From Octopus vulgaris (Eukaryota): 64,000 nucleotides of DNA. Position numbers and translations under genes: made by a program. How positions within the stretch are numbered: position 1 is the first letter of the stretch; every line of letters starts with the position of its first letter. Below the pieces are notes generated by a model. It ran no database searches, had not been told where the DNA came from, and saw only the letters and a list, made by a program, of their open reading frames with translations. Shown here piece after piece: positions 23,085-36,129 of the stretch. Location: assembly GCA_951406725.2 (NCBI GenBank), contig OX597817.1, forward strand, positions 96,844,001 through 96,908,000, written 5' to 3'.

Positions 23085-24765
23085 TTTTGCCAGTACTGGC
23101 CCAGGCCATGTCTGACTTAACACCACCACCTGGCGAAGTCTTTCAATTCAGGATTTGGGCACCAAGGCCCATTCGAGCAGAGAGTTATTGTTTGCGGTGA
23201 CATATCCGGGTGTGGGTGGTTTGTCCGGGACTGTTTGAAGGAATTTGTCCAAAGACTTCTTGAATTTTGTGTGGTGAGTTTCTGTTTTGACGTGTCCTGC
23301 TGTAATGTTGAAGAGAGCGGGTCCAATTCAGGTGAAATAATTGTGCCGTATTGTTGTTATGTGATGCGATTTAGATTTTTTTTGTGGACGGATGGCATGT
23401 GGTCCAAGCCTTGGATGTATTTTGAAGGTGATGCCAACATCATTCGGACAGTGCTGATGGAATATTTTCCACATCATACAGATAATGTAGCGTTCACGGC
23501 GTCGTTGGAGTGAATACAGTTTCAGCTTCTCTAATCTACCCCAGTAGTCGAGGTCTGACATGCCATCTATCTTTTTTGTGATTGACTTTTGGGGAGCTTC
23601 AATTCTCATAATATTTTGTTTTGTGTAGGGAGACCACAGTGGACAGCAGTATTCAAGGTGGGGTCGGGCCAAATTGGAGAAGAGAAGGATAATGGTGTGG
23701 GAATCTCTCGACTGGAAGGTTCTGAGAATCCAGGAACACATTCTGCGGGCCATGTCAACTTTGCTGCTTATATGTGTAGCCCAGCTTATGTTGTTGTCCA
23801 ATGTTACTCCCAAGTCTCTGATGTTGTTAGATGCCATGAGAATTTCTCCAGAAGGAAGGGAGTTTCAGAGCGTCCTCCCTTCCAAAGTGGATCAGTTCGA
23901 ATTTGTCTTCGTTTAGCAACATGTTGTTCCTTTCCGCCCATTGGACAACATCCAGTAGGTCTGACTGAAGGCTTATTCAGTCATCCATGCCATTGATGAC
24001 CTTCTGGAGCTTGGAATCATCAGCGAAGGTTCTGATGTTACTGTGTTTGATGGTGTCAGTAATATCATTTATGTAGATGATGAAAAGAAGTGGGCCCAAC
24101 ACAGTGTCTTGTGGGACACCACTGCTGACTTTGGGTGGGCTGGATTTGACTCCTTCGACTACAACATGTTGGGTTCTATTAGACAGGAAGCACTTGATCC
24201 ACTGCAGCAGCTTTCCCGTGACACCAATATTGGACAGTTTTCTCAAAAGGAATTTATGATCAACCCTGTCAAAGGCCTTGCTGAAATCAAGGTAGATGAC
24301 ATCAGTGTTGGAACCCTCTCCCAAGGCTCTCAAAATGTCATCAAAATGATGCAGTAGCTGCGTCAGGCAATCTCTTCCATTACGGAATCCATGCTGGTTG
24401 GAATTCAGCATATTATGACTCTCAAGGAAGTGAGTTATACGCGATCTCAGCACTCTCTCAAATACCTTAATGATGTGAGAGGTGAGTGAGATTGGACGGT
24501 AATTCACGGCAAGCGATTTGTTTCCTTTTTTGAAAACTGGGACAACAGACTGGGATAGAAGGTCTTCTGGTATATATCCAGCATCCAGTGAGTTCCGCCA
24601 CAGATTGGCTAGAGGGGGTGCAAGTTGGTGTTGACACATCTTCAAGACACAAGCAGGGAACCTATCGGGACCTACTGCTGAATTATGCTTCATTTCCTTT
24701 ATTGCTGCTAAGACATCAGGAGCGCCAAAGGTTATGTCCGATAAAGTATATTGGGGAGTATTTAC
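23085..24765 (-). mobile_element. Second CR1-group LINE family, 5'-truncated and frameshifted RT
   Basis: ORFs 23977-24810 ([24 protein letters not shown]) and 23328-23837 (LEYC..WSP, LYSLQRRRERY). Confidence 0.92.
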
Positions 24766-24784
24766 ATATATATATATAAGTAAA

Positions 24785-25330
24785 TAAATGGCTGACCAGT
24801 TCCCAGACATCTGTGGAGGTCTATTTCGTGATGATTGTCTGCTTTACCTCGAAAACATTTCAAATCAAAAAATACAGAAGGTTAAGAATAGATTAGTTAG
24901 GTTTTTTCATAGAATGGGCTTTCACATCGTTTTTGACGATGAGTTAACTAAAGCTAACTTCTTAGATATTACTCTTAATTGACAAAATAACTCGTACTTC
25001 CCATACCACAAACCTTCTACAAATCTCAAGTATATTAGTTCTTCCAGTAATCACACTAGGGCACTTACTAAGAATTTAGTTAAAAACATTTCAGTTAGAT
25101 TGTCTAAACTATCCGCCAATGTTGACATTTTTAACGACCAGGCAGAATTTTATAACTCTCTTGGTTAAAGCTGGGTATAAAGAAAAAGTTACATACATTG
25201 ATTCTGCTCAATCTCGTCCTTCATCTACTGTTCAAGTAAAAAAATTTAGTTGTAATAATAAGAGTGATTTTAATTCTAATATTGTAAACAACACAAAAAA
25301 TAATAAAATTCCTTTACGGGGTAAGGGAGG
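24785..25330 (+). mobile_element. Penelope-like RT fragment (left part, interrupted)
   Basis: GGLFRDDCL, NFLDITLN and Y.PYHKP motifs of PLE RT, with stops. Confidence 0.7.
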
Positions 25331-25339
25331 CAAGCGTTA

Positions 25340-26378
25340 TAATAATAATAATAATAATAATAATGAAATTATTGTATACAGTGCTCAGGTGCACCACAAC
25401 TTGTCAGAAAGTGCATATAAAGTATATGCAGTAATGTACAAATGTCTGGAAAGAGAACAATGTATGAGTCAGATACATGCTTGTGTGTGTATGGAGGGGA
25501 GGAAATCAGGTGTAGAGTTGGCGAATCTCAGAAAGCAAGGAAGTTTTGAAGGATGCAGTGCTCCGACAACTAACAACTGATGCTGGCAGTTTGTTCCATG
25601 CTTCAGCAACTCTCAGCGTGAAAAAATGTTTCCGAAAGTCATGGGAGCTGTGCTGTTTTCTGATTTTGTAAATATGTCCACGGGTGTTAGACTGGTGGAG
25701 TTTGAAAAGGTGCTCTGAGTTATTGTTTGTAAGATGGTTGATAATTTTATGGGTGTCTGCCAAGTCAGCTGCCAGACATCGAAGTTTCAATGTGGCCATG
25801 CCCAGGGAAGTAAGTTGTTCAGAATATGGCAAATGCCTGATGGAGGGTATTCTTTTGGTTGCACGTCGCTGAACGACTTCCAGACGATTGATATCCTGGG
25901 CAAGATAGGGGTTCCAGACCGGTGATGCAAATTCCAGGTAAGGTCTTACCATAGCTATATAAAACCGCAGATAGATAGTCGGAGAGCAGCTCACAAAGGA
26001 TTTGGTGAGTGATGCCAAGACACCCTCAGCCTTCTTGACAATTTTAGCGATGTGTTTTGTCCAACGCAAATCACTGTTGACAATAACACCCAGGTCACGT
26101 TCACACAAAGACTTTTTGAGATTAGTCTTGTGGAGGGAATAGGTGGACGCTGGGTTTCTCCTCCCAAAATGCATGGTGGTACATTTGTCCACAGCCAGCT
26201 TGAGTTGCCAGTCTATGATCCACTGCTGCATTGTGTCCAGGTCTGCTTGCAATAGAGATCTATAGTGTACAGGATCTGACCTCTTTATTTCAAGGTACAG
26301 CTTGATGTCATCTGCATATTTCAGCACTGTGGCATTCTTTAAGTTGGCATCTATGTCATTAACATATGCAACAAAAGC
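25340..26378 (-). mobile_element. CR1-group LINE 3' fragment with (ATT)n tail, nested in the Penelope fragment
   Basis: ORF 25506-26327 has YADD, ERDLGV, VRPYLEFASPVWNP and TRGH..K motifs. (AAT)n at 25340-25363. Confidence 0.9.
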
Positions 26379-26379
26379 C

Positions 26380-26850
26380 CATTTTTTTCACTCTAGAGGT
26401 ATTTCACCGTCCTATTGAATGTTAATAGGAAAACTATCTGGTTTGTAATTCTGTATGGAAAACAAATTAAATCTAATCTTCCTTTACAATTCCGTGAAGT
26501 GGTTGGTAAGAACTTTCCAAAAAATTCTAAATATTATTCAATTATTAATTCTCATATAATTAGGGTTGCCTTCTCCAACACAAAGAATCTTTCACAAATT
26601 ATATCTTCTCATAATACCAGTCTGCTAAATAAAAATTCATTTTCTGGGAGTTCCAACATTAATTTTGTTTAGTCCAGCCCCTCACATAATAATAATAATA
26701 ACAACAACAGCAGCAGCAGCAGCAACACTAAAAACATGGTTTTGGTCTCTGAAGACAACCCCAACAGAATTAAATTCATGTCTAATAATTCTAAGATCAA
26801 GAATTCTATATACCAATGTAAAATTTCTTGCGGTACCGATGTCTAATCTC
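26380..26850 (+). mobile_element. Penelope-like fragment (right part; linker before GIY-YIG)
   Basis: IWF..VGKNFPKNSKYYSIINSHIIRVAFSNTKNLSQIISSHN resembles the PLE RT-EN linker. Confidence 0.55.
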
Positions 26851-27050
26851 ACTCTTATCGTTGGAACAGATACAGAGACATCAGAAAAGGATTTGCTGAT
26901 TGTTGTTGGATCTGTTTGGATAGATGATCAATGCTGATCAATGTTGCATTTCTAAATAAAATAATTAATTTGTTAAAAAAATGGTATTTTTCATATTTTG
27001 ATTCATTTTCTCGTGATAAGACAGAAAACATATTTCTTTTTTGTTATTAG

Positions 27051-27140
27051 GTGCCTTAATTAATTTAAGGAACAATGAAAATCAACTTGCATTTGATTTA
27101 GCAAAAGAACCGAAAATCGCTGCCCTTCTACAGTGTTCTG
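27051..27140 (+). CDS. OSTF1: Osteoclast-stimulating factor 1, penultimate exon (end of last ankyrin repeat)
   Basis: ttattag|..|gtaaga splice sites, 90 nt, phase 1/1. Encodes GALINLRNNENQLAFDLAKEPKIAALLQCS, similar to vertebrate OSTF1 as recalled (GARTDLRN..KLAFDMA..ASLL). Confidence 0.8.
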
Positions 27141-27559
27141 GTAAGAACTGTACTACTGTTTTTTTTTTTAATTAAACAAGTTAAATCAGGTGTTTTTGAT
27201 GATTCTAAAAAATTTCATAATCTATTTCAGTTGAATGAGGTAGTCTTTATTCTGTATTTTTGATTTTTCTGTTATTTTAGATTTTAAAGTTAAATAAATA
27301 AAAATTACCCCATTGTATTGTTTTTTATAAAGATATTGATAAATACAAAATGATGGTGCAATATATTGCTCCAGCTCAATCATCCACTTGTATAGATGTT
27401 AAGATAAGTAAATAAGATAGAAGTCTCTTCTCTTGAAGTAGGGATATAAAATATTTGCAAATTCTTAATTTATCTTTTGTAAAATATTCCTTATATTTTG
27501 AAGAATATCAAGAAGATGAAAAAGAAACTACATCCTATCTCTTAACCTCATTATTATAG

Positions 27560-27766
27560 TTTTCTTTTACTTGTTTCAAGTCATTTGACTGTGGCCATGC
27601 TTTAGCACCACCTTTAGTCGAACAAATCGACCCCAGGACTTATTCTTTGTAAGCCTAGTACTTATTCTATCGGTCTCTTTTTGCTGAACTGCTAAGTTAT
27701 GGGGACATAAACACACCAGCATCGGTTGTCAAACGATGTTGGGGGGACAAACACACATACAGAAAC

Positions 27767-27801
<35 letters not shown>

Positions 27802-27987
27802 CACATATACATATACACATACATACATACGACAGGCTTCTTTCAGTTTCTGTCTACCAAATCCACTCACAAGGCTTTGGTTGGCCCGAGGCTATAGAAG
27901 AAGACACTTGCTCAAGGTTCCATGCAGTGGGACTGAACCCAGAACCATGTGGTTAGTAAGCAAGCTACTTACCACACAGCCACTCCT
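27560..27987 (-). mobile_element. Octopus OR2-like CORE-type tRNA-derived SINE
   Basis: Minus strand: AGGAGTGGCTGTGTGGTAAG..GGTTCAGTCCC head, ACCTTGAGCAAGTG core, internal (CA)/(TA), tail GCATGGCCACAGTCAAATGACTTGAAACAAG. Confidence 0.8.
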
Positions 27988-28007
27988 ACCAATACTCTTC
28001 ATATATA

Positions 28008-28354
28008 CTCTTTTACTCTTTTACTTGTTTCAGTCATTTGACTGCGGCCATGCTGGAGCACCGCCAGTACTTATTCTATCGGTCTCTTTTGCCGAACCGC
28101 TAAGTGACGGGGACGTAAACACACCAACATCGGTTGTCAAGCAATGCTAGGGGGACAAACACATACACACACATATATATATACATATATACGACGGGCT
28201 TCTTTCAGTTTCCGTCTACCAAATCCACTCACATGGCATTGGTCGGCCCGAGGCTATAGCAGAAGACACTTGCCCAAGATGCCATGCAGTGGGACTGAAC
28301 CCGGAACCATGTGGTTGATTAGCAAGCTACTTACCACACAGCCACTCCTGCGCC

Positions 28355-28355
<1 letters not shown>
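28008..28355 (-). mobile_element. OR2-like SINE, second adjacent copy
   Basis: Same head, core and tail as 27560-27987. Confidence 0.8.
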
Positions 28356-28371
<16 letters not shown>

Positions 28372-28385
<14 letters not shown>

Positions 28386-29113
28386 AATTTTATTTAGTTT
28401 CAGCTCACAAGCTGTGGCCATGCTGGGGCACCGCCATTTGGTGTTGCTACATGATTTTACTTCACGAATGCTTTTTAGCAAATGCCATCTGGTGCATGAG
28501 AGAGTTTGATGCAGCTTCCCTCATCTGCACCTCCTGCCGTGAAGTTGGTTCATCTGGGACACCTGACAAGAAGAGATCCAGTTTCATTTTAAAGACATCT
28601 GCATCCACCCCATGCAGGTCTCTTAGGTTCTTCGGGAGGATATTGAAGAGCTGTGGGCCTCGGAAGCCCAGGCTATCACAGTATCTTGTCCTACATCTTG
28701 ATGGCAAATTTGGAGTCCTTGGCACTATGCAGTGGCGCCCAGTTCTGGCATTTGTGTAACTCTCGATGCCAAAGTTTGGGACAAGTCCTTCTAGGATCTT
28801 CCAGATGTATATTATGGCATATCTTTCTCGCCTACACTCCAAGGAATAGAGTTTTAATCTCTTGAGTCTTTCCCAGTAGCTTATATTCTGCACAGAGGCT
28901 ATCTTCTTCGTGTAGCTACGTTGGATCGCCTCAAGTTCTGTGATCAACTTGACACTGGATGGTGACCATAGCTGAGAGCAATAGTCAAAGTGGCTTAGGA
29001 CAAGTGTCCGCCAGAGGACCATCATGGTTTCCTGGTCTCTTGTTCTAAAGGTTCTAAGAATCCATCCGGTCAGCCGCCTACATTTCATTGCCAATTTAGC
29101 AACATGCACATGA
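28372..29113 (-). mobile_element. 3' fragment of the 9.7-kb LINE family (related subfamily, A-rich tail)
   Basis: ORF 28462-29109 is highly similar to the C-terminus of 9742-12846 and has the same 3' UTR motif. (TA)n on both flanks. Confidence 0.93.
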
Positions 29114-29788
29114 ATATATATATATATTGTAACTTTTGAGAGTATTTTACATCATTTTACAGAAATGTGTGTTCTGTTCTAATTCCAACCAATATTTATG
29201 GTTTAATTCTTAATATTTTTTTGTACCTATAGGGACAGGTATGAGTTTAGTTAGGAAGTTTGCTTCATAACTTCATGGTTAAAAATTTAATCCCACTATG
29301 CAACAACTTGAGCAACTGTCTGATGCTAAAGCCTGTGCTAACCAATGCCATATGAGTGAAATTAATAGACAGAAACTGCTTGGTAGACCATTATGTTTGT
29401 GCATAAGCGCTCAAATGTTGACATTCCATGGTTTCATTTTTTATTGTCAAAGCTAAATGGTGAGAGGATGTTTACATTGCTCCTTCACATTACAGCTAGT
29501 CATTCTATACTTATTAAGAGCTGTTGAAAACAAAGTCCCTTATTTGAAAGACATGCAATGGTTGACTGTAAATTGTCTCAATTAAGTCCCTCTCTATGGA
29601 ATAATGTGTTAAACACACCTACTAAAAGTATAAACTGTTCCATTTCATCTCTTTTCTTTAGTTCTTCAAATTTTCTTGACATTTCTGAAAGTTTGTTTTT
29701 ATTTTTATTTTCTACGATTAAATGATAATTGGAAAATATTTCTTCATAAAATACTAATAATTGAATATTTTCTTTAAAGATATTTCAG

Positions 29789-29838
29789 AAAATGGTGATG
29801 ACTATTTGGATGATACAGATGGATCAGAATCTGATTAA
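29789..29838 (+). CDS. OSTF1: OSTF1 terminal coding exon (acidic tail); alternative in-frame acceptor at 29780
   Basis: tttcag acceptor, phase 1. Encodes ENGDDYLDDTDGSESD-stop, resembling the OSTF1 C-terminus (..EDYLDDEDSD). AATAAA at ~29960. Confidence 0.78.
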
Positions 29839-30974
29839 CCTCAATGCTGTTTTTTTTTGATAGTTTTTATATAAAAATTTGGATAAAGAAAATTTGAGGG
29901 ATGAAACCTCAGCATTTGTAATTATATACATAAGTTATTCTTGAAGATAAAACAATACAAATAAATGCCAATATGGAAAATAGACCAACCAAGTAAATAG
30001 CAGAACTTCCTAATTCGATTTTAGATCACTTCTTACTCAGATGCATGCATTTCTAAAGAAAAAAATATATATATGGACCTGAAAACTAAACTTATTTTAG
30101 ATTTTTCCAGTTAATAACTTAAGCCTTCATTATTTTTCTAATCTTTTTCTAAATGACTTACTTTTTACATATATATATATTTTGTACTCAGAGCTACAGA
30201 ATTTCAATTTTTTTTAACCACTATGCTACCTACATTAAACATTCCAATGCACAAGATTTATGAGTATTCATACTCTATTTGCTTATTTTACTATTTTGTT
30301 CCTTCTTTGTTTTTGTATTTTGTTTTTCTGTTCCATGAAACTACAATTTTTATCTTTTGCTTTTGAAATTTATTTTTACATTAATCTACAAATTTCATAT
30401 TGGCTATGCAATGGAAATAAATATAAAAAGAGAATCCATTTTTTGAAACTTTTTCTAGTTCATCCTTTGAATTTGCTTTCTTAACCCTTTCATTACTATC
30501 CTGCCAGTATTCGCCCCAAGAGAATATCTTTCATATAATATAATGCAATATGTATCTCATTGATTATTCTGGGTAAAGAAGAGTAAAACAACATATGGAG
30601 TGGGAGTGAGTGATAGTCAGAGATGCTGACACTTGTTGGTGTCTCCATTGGTGCTGCTACAACCTTTGTCGTTGTTGGAGCTGTTATTGGCAGTACAGTG
30701 GTGGTTGATGTCATTATTATTAGCAATATCATTAGCGAAGGTGCTATTTCTGCTAAAGTTGCTGCTGTTGCTATTATTACTACCATTCCTACTATTGCCA
30801 TAGCTGCTGCTGCTATTAATGTCAGATACCACCTCAGCCTCATATATGACCCCTATGGTTTTGCATTGGACTTCCATTGGGCATCTGCTGAGCATCCCAC
30901 TTCTGCTCATTACCTAGGGGTATTAACTAAAATACTCTGAATATTGGAGGCCCACACATTTATAGATACATACA

Positions 30975-31029
<55 letters not shown>

Positions 31030-31172
31030 AAACAACTTATAAACAAGAGCAAAAGAAAACATTATTATGCCAAATATGCCGAAAATAGATAAATTGTCAA
31101 TAACCATATAATTTATCACTATTAAAATGCATCTCGAAGTAAGCTGACAGAAATTTCTAAAAAATTCCGTTA

Positions 31173-31233
31173 TTACCGTATTGGTCCCAATTTCAGAGTT
31201 AATTCATAAGAATTTTCTCCTCATCAGCGATAA
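31173..31233 (-). ncRNA. Type I hammerhead ribozyme (inverted copy)
   Basis: Reverse complement of 31874-31934. Confidence 0.88.
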
Positions 31234-31873
31234 ATACGTAAGACATAAATGAAATACTTGCTCATACCCATGGAAAAAGCAAGCACTAAAATAGGAAATC
31301 TTCAGCACATCTCGAGACACATGCGATTCAAACTAGAAACTCTCACAGAGTGAGAGAGTCTGGAAGTGAACGCTATTAAATTTACATCTAATATAGGATA
31401 ATATTTTTCTAAAAAAATTTTATAAATGGTCAGCATATTAAAATATGTTATTACTGTATTGGGACCAATACGGTAATAACGGAATTTTTTAGAAATTTCT
31501 GTCGGTTTACTTTGAGATGCATGTTAATAGTGATAAATTATATGGTTATTGATAATTTGTCTATTTTTGGCATATTTGGCATTAGAATTTTTTCTTTTGC
31601 CCTTGTTTATAAATTTAACCTTTAAAGGTATTTTTTAATATACTGGCCATTAATAAAATTTTTTTGAAAAATTTTATCCTATATTAGATGTAAATTTAAT
31701 AGTATTCACTTCCGGACTCTCTCACTCTGTGAGAGTTTCTAGTTCGAATCACACGTATCTCGAGATGTGCTGAAGATTTTCTATGTCGGATATATTTGGG
31801 GTACTTAAGTCTGCTCATGACTTAGTGCTTGCTTTTTCTATGGGTATGAGTAAGTATTTCATGTCTTACGTAT

Positions 31874-31934
31874 TTATCGCTGATGAGGAGAAAATTCTTA
31901 TGAATTAACTCTGAAATTGGGACCAATACGGTAA
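31874..31934 (+). ncRNA. Type I hammerhead ribozyme, canonical core, extended stem II
   Basis: TTATCG-CTGATGA-GGAG(AA-AATTC-TTAT-GAATT-AA)CTCT-GAA-ATTGG-GA-CCAAT-A-CGGTAA. Cleavage predicted after 31928. Confidence 0.88.
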
Positions 31935-32158
31935 TAACGGAATTTTTTAGAAATTTCTGTCGGCTTACTTCGAGATGAATGTTAATAGTGATAAATTATA
32001 TGGTTATTGACAATTTGTTTATTTTCAGCATATTTGGCATTAGAATTTTTTTCTTTTGCCCTTGTTTATAAGTTGTTTATAAATTTAACCTTTAAAGGTA
32101 TTTTTTAATATGCTGGCCATTGATAAAATTTTTTTCGAAAAAGTTTATCCTATATTAG

Positions 32159-32225
<67 letters not shown>

Positions 32226-32958
32226 TGTGTATGTTTATTATACACACACACACACACACACATACATACATAGGTATAATATATATAATGGTTGTCCACT
32301 CATGACCGAGGAAGACCATCACTGACCATTGCCCATGCAAAATACCTACAATTTTCGTGCATGATGCTTCACCCAGGTTAACATCCGGAGCACCCTCCCA
32401 TTTGACTGAGCAGCAGAAAGTTACCTTGCCAATGATTACACAACCTAGAATTTTAGGTTCAATAAGACTTGCACATTACCTCACAGACCCTCTCCACCCT
32501 ACTAACATGATCCAGAGATAAGCCAGGCAAGATATCAATACCAATATGGGTCACAGGTTCAGGAATGTGGGAGTGCCATGATCAAAGTGCAAGTAAAAGA
32601 TCCCCAAAATGTACAATGCCATTCCCTGCATATCTCATTTTATAACAGGGTGACCTTTTCCTAGCATGCCAGAGACCAACCCATTTTTGCTAGATGGTCA
32701 TTGAACCTATGCTAAGTTCATCTATCCTTTGAGCAGATAACTTGTGAGGTCTCTCATGAGTACTACTGTAACATGGAATCCAGTACAATCTGTTGCATGG
32801 TCAGGTCATCATCAACTCAACTGGTACCTTCACTAAGCTTGCCTGGTGAGGAGAGTTGTTAGAACCCCGTATAATATATACACATACACATATATGACAA
32901 GCTTTCAGTTTCCATTGACCAAATCTATTCACAAGTGTTTGTTTGACCCAGGACTATA

Positions 32959-33481
32959 TCTGTATATATAAAAGGCCGGATGTGTGTGTGTACGTGAATG
33001 TAATTTATGTACATCCACAAATTAGCACACATGTCGCTCCAATTTTAGGACATTCATCATGACCCTAGCTGTATTTTCGTTAACTTATTTTTACCAGAGG
33101 CACCAGCGAATAGCAGTAAAAATTAATTTTCAACCAAAACTTTTAACAATTTTCAAGTCGGAGAAATCATCATTGTTTGCAAACAGGAGTTAAGTCCCCT
33201 TCTAGCGATGAGTAAGTTTTTGTTAAGACTTTTGTTGTTTATTTTCCATCGAAGAAAAAAGTGTTTTGTTGATATACGGGCAGCACACACACAAACATGT
33301 ATGCAATAGGTGTATGTACATACGTGTGTGTTGCCCATATATATATATATATTTATAAACCAATTTCAACGGATTTCACCCAAATTTGACGTTGATGTTA
33401 CTTAGTTTGGTTTGAAATAAAGAACTTTATTAGCTTAATAATCCTAACTTGATCCCAGGCAAAGCCAGGTTATACTGCTAG
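32959..33481 (+). mobile_element. Non-autonomous Helitron
   Basis: A|TC start followed by TATATAAAA, subterminal GC-rich hairpin, CTAG|T end. Homologous to 37915-38326. Confidence 0.75.
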
Positions 33482-33777
33482 TGTATTATATATTTTCAAA
33501 GACTGGAATATGTGATACCATTTTAATTCTGTGTTACACAAGTTTCATCACAATATGGGATATACATTTCACCAGGAATCTTAACTTATAGTATGATATT
33601 CTCATTTAAAATAAGACATCTTCATACATATATTTGATTATAGGAATACACAAATGTGCTTCATGGGGACACAGCTTGGCTTATACCCTTTTATATATTA
33701 TATATTTACATGTGTATGTATGTATGTGTGTGTGTGTATATATATATACACACTCACGGAGACTGCACTCACAGACA

Positions 33778-34480
33778 CTACACTCACGGAGTGGTTGGCG
33801 TTAGGAAGGGCATCCAGCCATAGAAACATTGCCAGATCAGACTGGGCATGGTGCAGCCTTCTGGCTTCCGAGACCCCAGTTGAACCGTCCACCCATACTA
33901 AATGATGATGATGATATATAATCATCATTTAACATTCCCTTTTCTACACTTGCATAGGTGGGATTTGTTGAGGTAGATTTTTTACAGCCAAATGTGTTCT
34001 TCCACACAAGACTGGAAATAAACAACATTGCTTACATGATGGTGATGGATGCTTTTTTTACAGCCATCACATAATGTCAAAACAACTCTACACACACATA
34101 CACACAGTAGCGGCCATAATGCAAGGGTCAGTAAGAACGAGTGTATTGAAATATTTATTATAGAAGATTAATAACATGTTGAGACGAGATATTTTACACA
34201 TATTGTTGCCAGTGCCGCTGGACTGGCTCCTGTGCAGGTAGCAAGTAAAAACACCTTTTGAGCGTGGTCGTTGCCAGAACTGTGTGACTGGCCCTCATAC
34301 CGGTGGCACGTAAAAAGCACCCACTACACTCTCAGAGTGGTTGGTGTTAAGAAGGGCATCCAGCTGTAGAAACTCTGCCAGATCAGATTGAACCTGGTGC
34401 CGCCTCTGGCGTGCCAGTCCTCAGTCAAACCGTCCAACCCATGTCAGCATGGAAAGCAGATGTTAAACGATGATGATGAT
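33778..34480 (+). mobile_element. Two RTE-type 3' end fragments with (GAT)n tails (~33778-33915 and ~34205-34480)
   Basis: Same GAAGGGCATCCAGC..CCAACCCATG..GATGATGAT module. Confidence 0.75.
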
Positions 34481-34499
34481 ATATATATAAAGTTAGAAA

Positions 34500-35900
34500 T
34501 AGTTTAGGAAGATACAGAAAGAACGAGACAAAAGAAAAAAAATAAGATATTAGTTTAACATTTGAATGGAGAAAGGAGCATCCTGGACGTTTCAGACGTT
34601 AGCCCTTTTCTGAAAGAAAAGGAGATGAAGGAGAAATATCTAGAGGGAGGAGGAGAAGAAAGATAGATGGAGAGAGAAAGTATGTGTGAAGGAGGTAAGG
34701 TGAAGATGAAAGGAAGGGGAATGCTACCTATGAGTTGGCATCAGGAAGAGAAATGGAGGTAAGTGTATTTGGTTGAATGTATATGTGTGTAAGGGGTGTG
34801 TTATTGTATAAATTGTGTGACATATATAAATGTTTAGATGGTGGGTTATGTGAATAAGTGTATCTGGGAGTAGTAGTGTTGGAAAGAAAAGGGCAAGTTT
34901 GACAGCAGTGATAGGAAATTGGGGTGGATCTTTGGTGGGGACAGGAAATGGGAGAGTAGGGGTTATGGATGAAAAAATTATTGAGATTGCAGGCATGCTT
35001 AAAAGAAGGAGAGGCAAAAAACTGGAGGTGACAGGGTCACATTGGAAGTCAATGGTCTGCTGGAGGAGTAAGGTTGAGAGGTGTTAGGTGAGAGGAAAAT
35101 GTAGGAAGATATAGCTTACTGCATAGGTATGAGGAATGTAAATTTGGATATTCTTTCTGATCATTCTTTGACCTTGAGTCTCAAAATCATGGTTGCTGCA
35201 ACAGGGACAGCAAAGGTGAAGGAATTGAGAGTAGAGGATGGTGTGCTTAGTACAAGTGGAGTCAGAGGAGGAAAAGTTAAGTGGGAGTTGGTTGGTTTAA
35301 AGAAACAGATGTAGGAAGTGAATTATTAAGAAGAAAGAGAAGTTAAGCTCTTCACAAGATAAAGGGGTGGCTCTGATATGATCTTCAATATAGCATCTGT
35401 ATAACTCTAAGGTGGAACTGAGAAAAGATTTGTGATTCAATATAACAGACAAATATTTGGTACAGTTGAAGTCATTTTTGTACCCATGGCCATCCCAGTA
35501 AACTGTTGATAGATCTTGCCCATATTGGGAAAATAGTTGTTGGTAAATACAATTTTAATCAGATGGAGGAAGCTGGAGGTACTAGGATAATGAATGATGC
35601 ATAAATCAAGAAAGTATGAGAAATGACTGTATTTAGAGGTGATGTCTTTAGTGAAAAGAAAGCAGGAGAGCCAAGGAGTTGAGGAAGCAGATTGTATAGT
35701 TGGTGTCATAAATGTGGAAAGGGAGTGTAGCCACCAGGAGTAATAAAAGGATATCAAGGATGGCAGAGGTAGGTCCAGAGGTGCAGTTGCAGGTGGAGAT
35801 GATGGGCAGCCAAGGTTGTCAAATTTCTGGATTTTAGGGAGGAACTAAATGATAGGAGTGCAGAGTATCCAGACAATGAGGTTCAAGGTGGTGGAAGATA
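34500..35900 (-). mobile_element. Degenerate Penelope-like element (RT region)
   Basis: IYQQFTGMAMGTKM (RT motif) in ORF 35437-35757; many stops. Confidence 0.6.
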
Positions 35901-36129
35901 GAAAGGAGGAGGTTAAGTATAAGGAAAAAGGAGAAAGGCCAGAAAATGAGTGAGGGAGAGAAAGGTGAAGTTGACTTACTTTACCTCCTCATGAAGTCAT
36001 AGGGGCACTGCTGTAGCATATGACATGACTTGTGCCTGTTTGGAAGCCTATTCAAGTCAGATTACTGCTGATTTCTTCTAGAAAGGCAGACAGTAAAGAA
36101 AAAGAGAAAAGAAGAATCAATCTTCATTA

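Larger units (their letters stand above)
31030..32160. repeat. Hammerhead-bearing ~458-bp unit: one inverted copy followed by 1.5 direct copies (Penelope pLTR-like)
   Basis: 31030-31446 is the reverse complement of ~31630-32080. GGGACCAATACGGTAATAAC occurs at 31461 and 31919. Confidence 0.9.

Noticed and set aside
30496-30940. Hydrophobic Ala/Thr/Ile-rich ORFs
   Set aside because: Degenerate trinucleotide low-complexity DNA with no recognisable domain.
34580-34620. Hammerhead-like GGGC-TAAC-GTCT-GAAACGTC on the minus strand
   Set aside because: Core and stem I are too degenerate to call.
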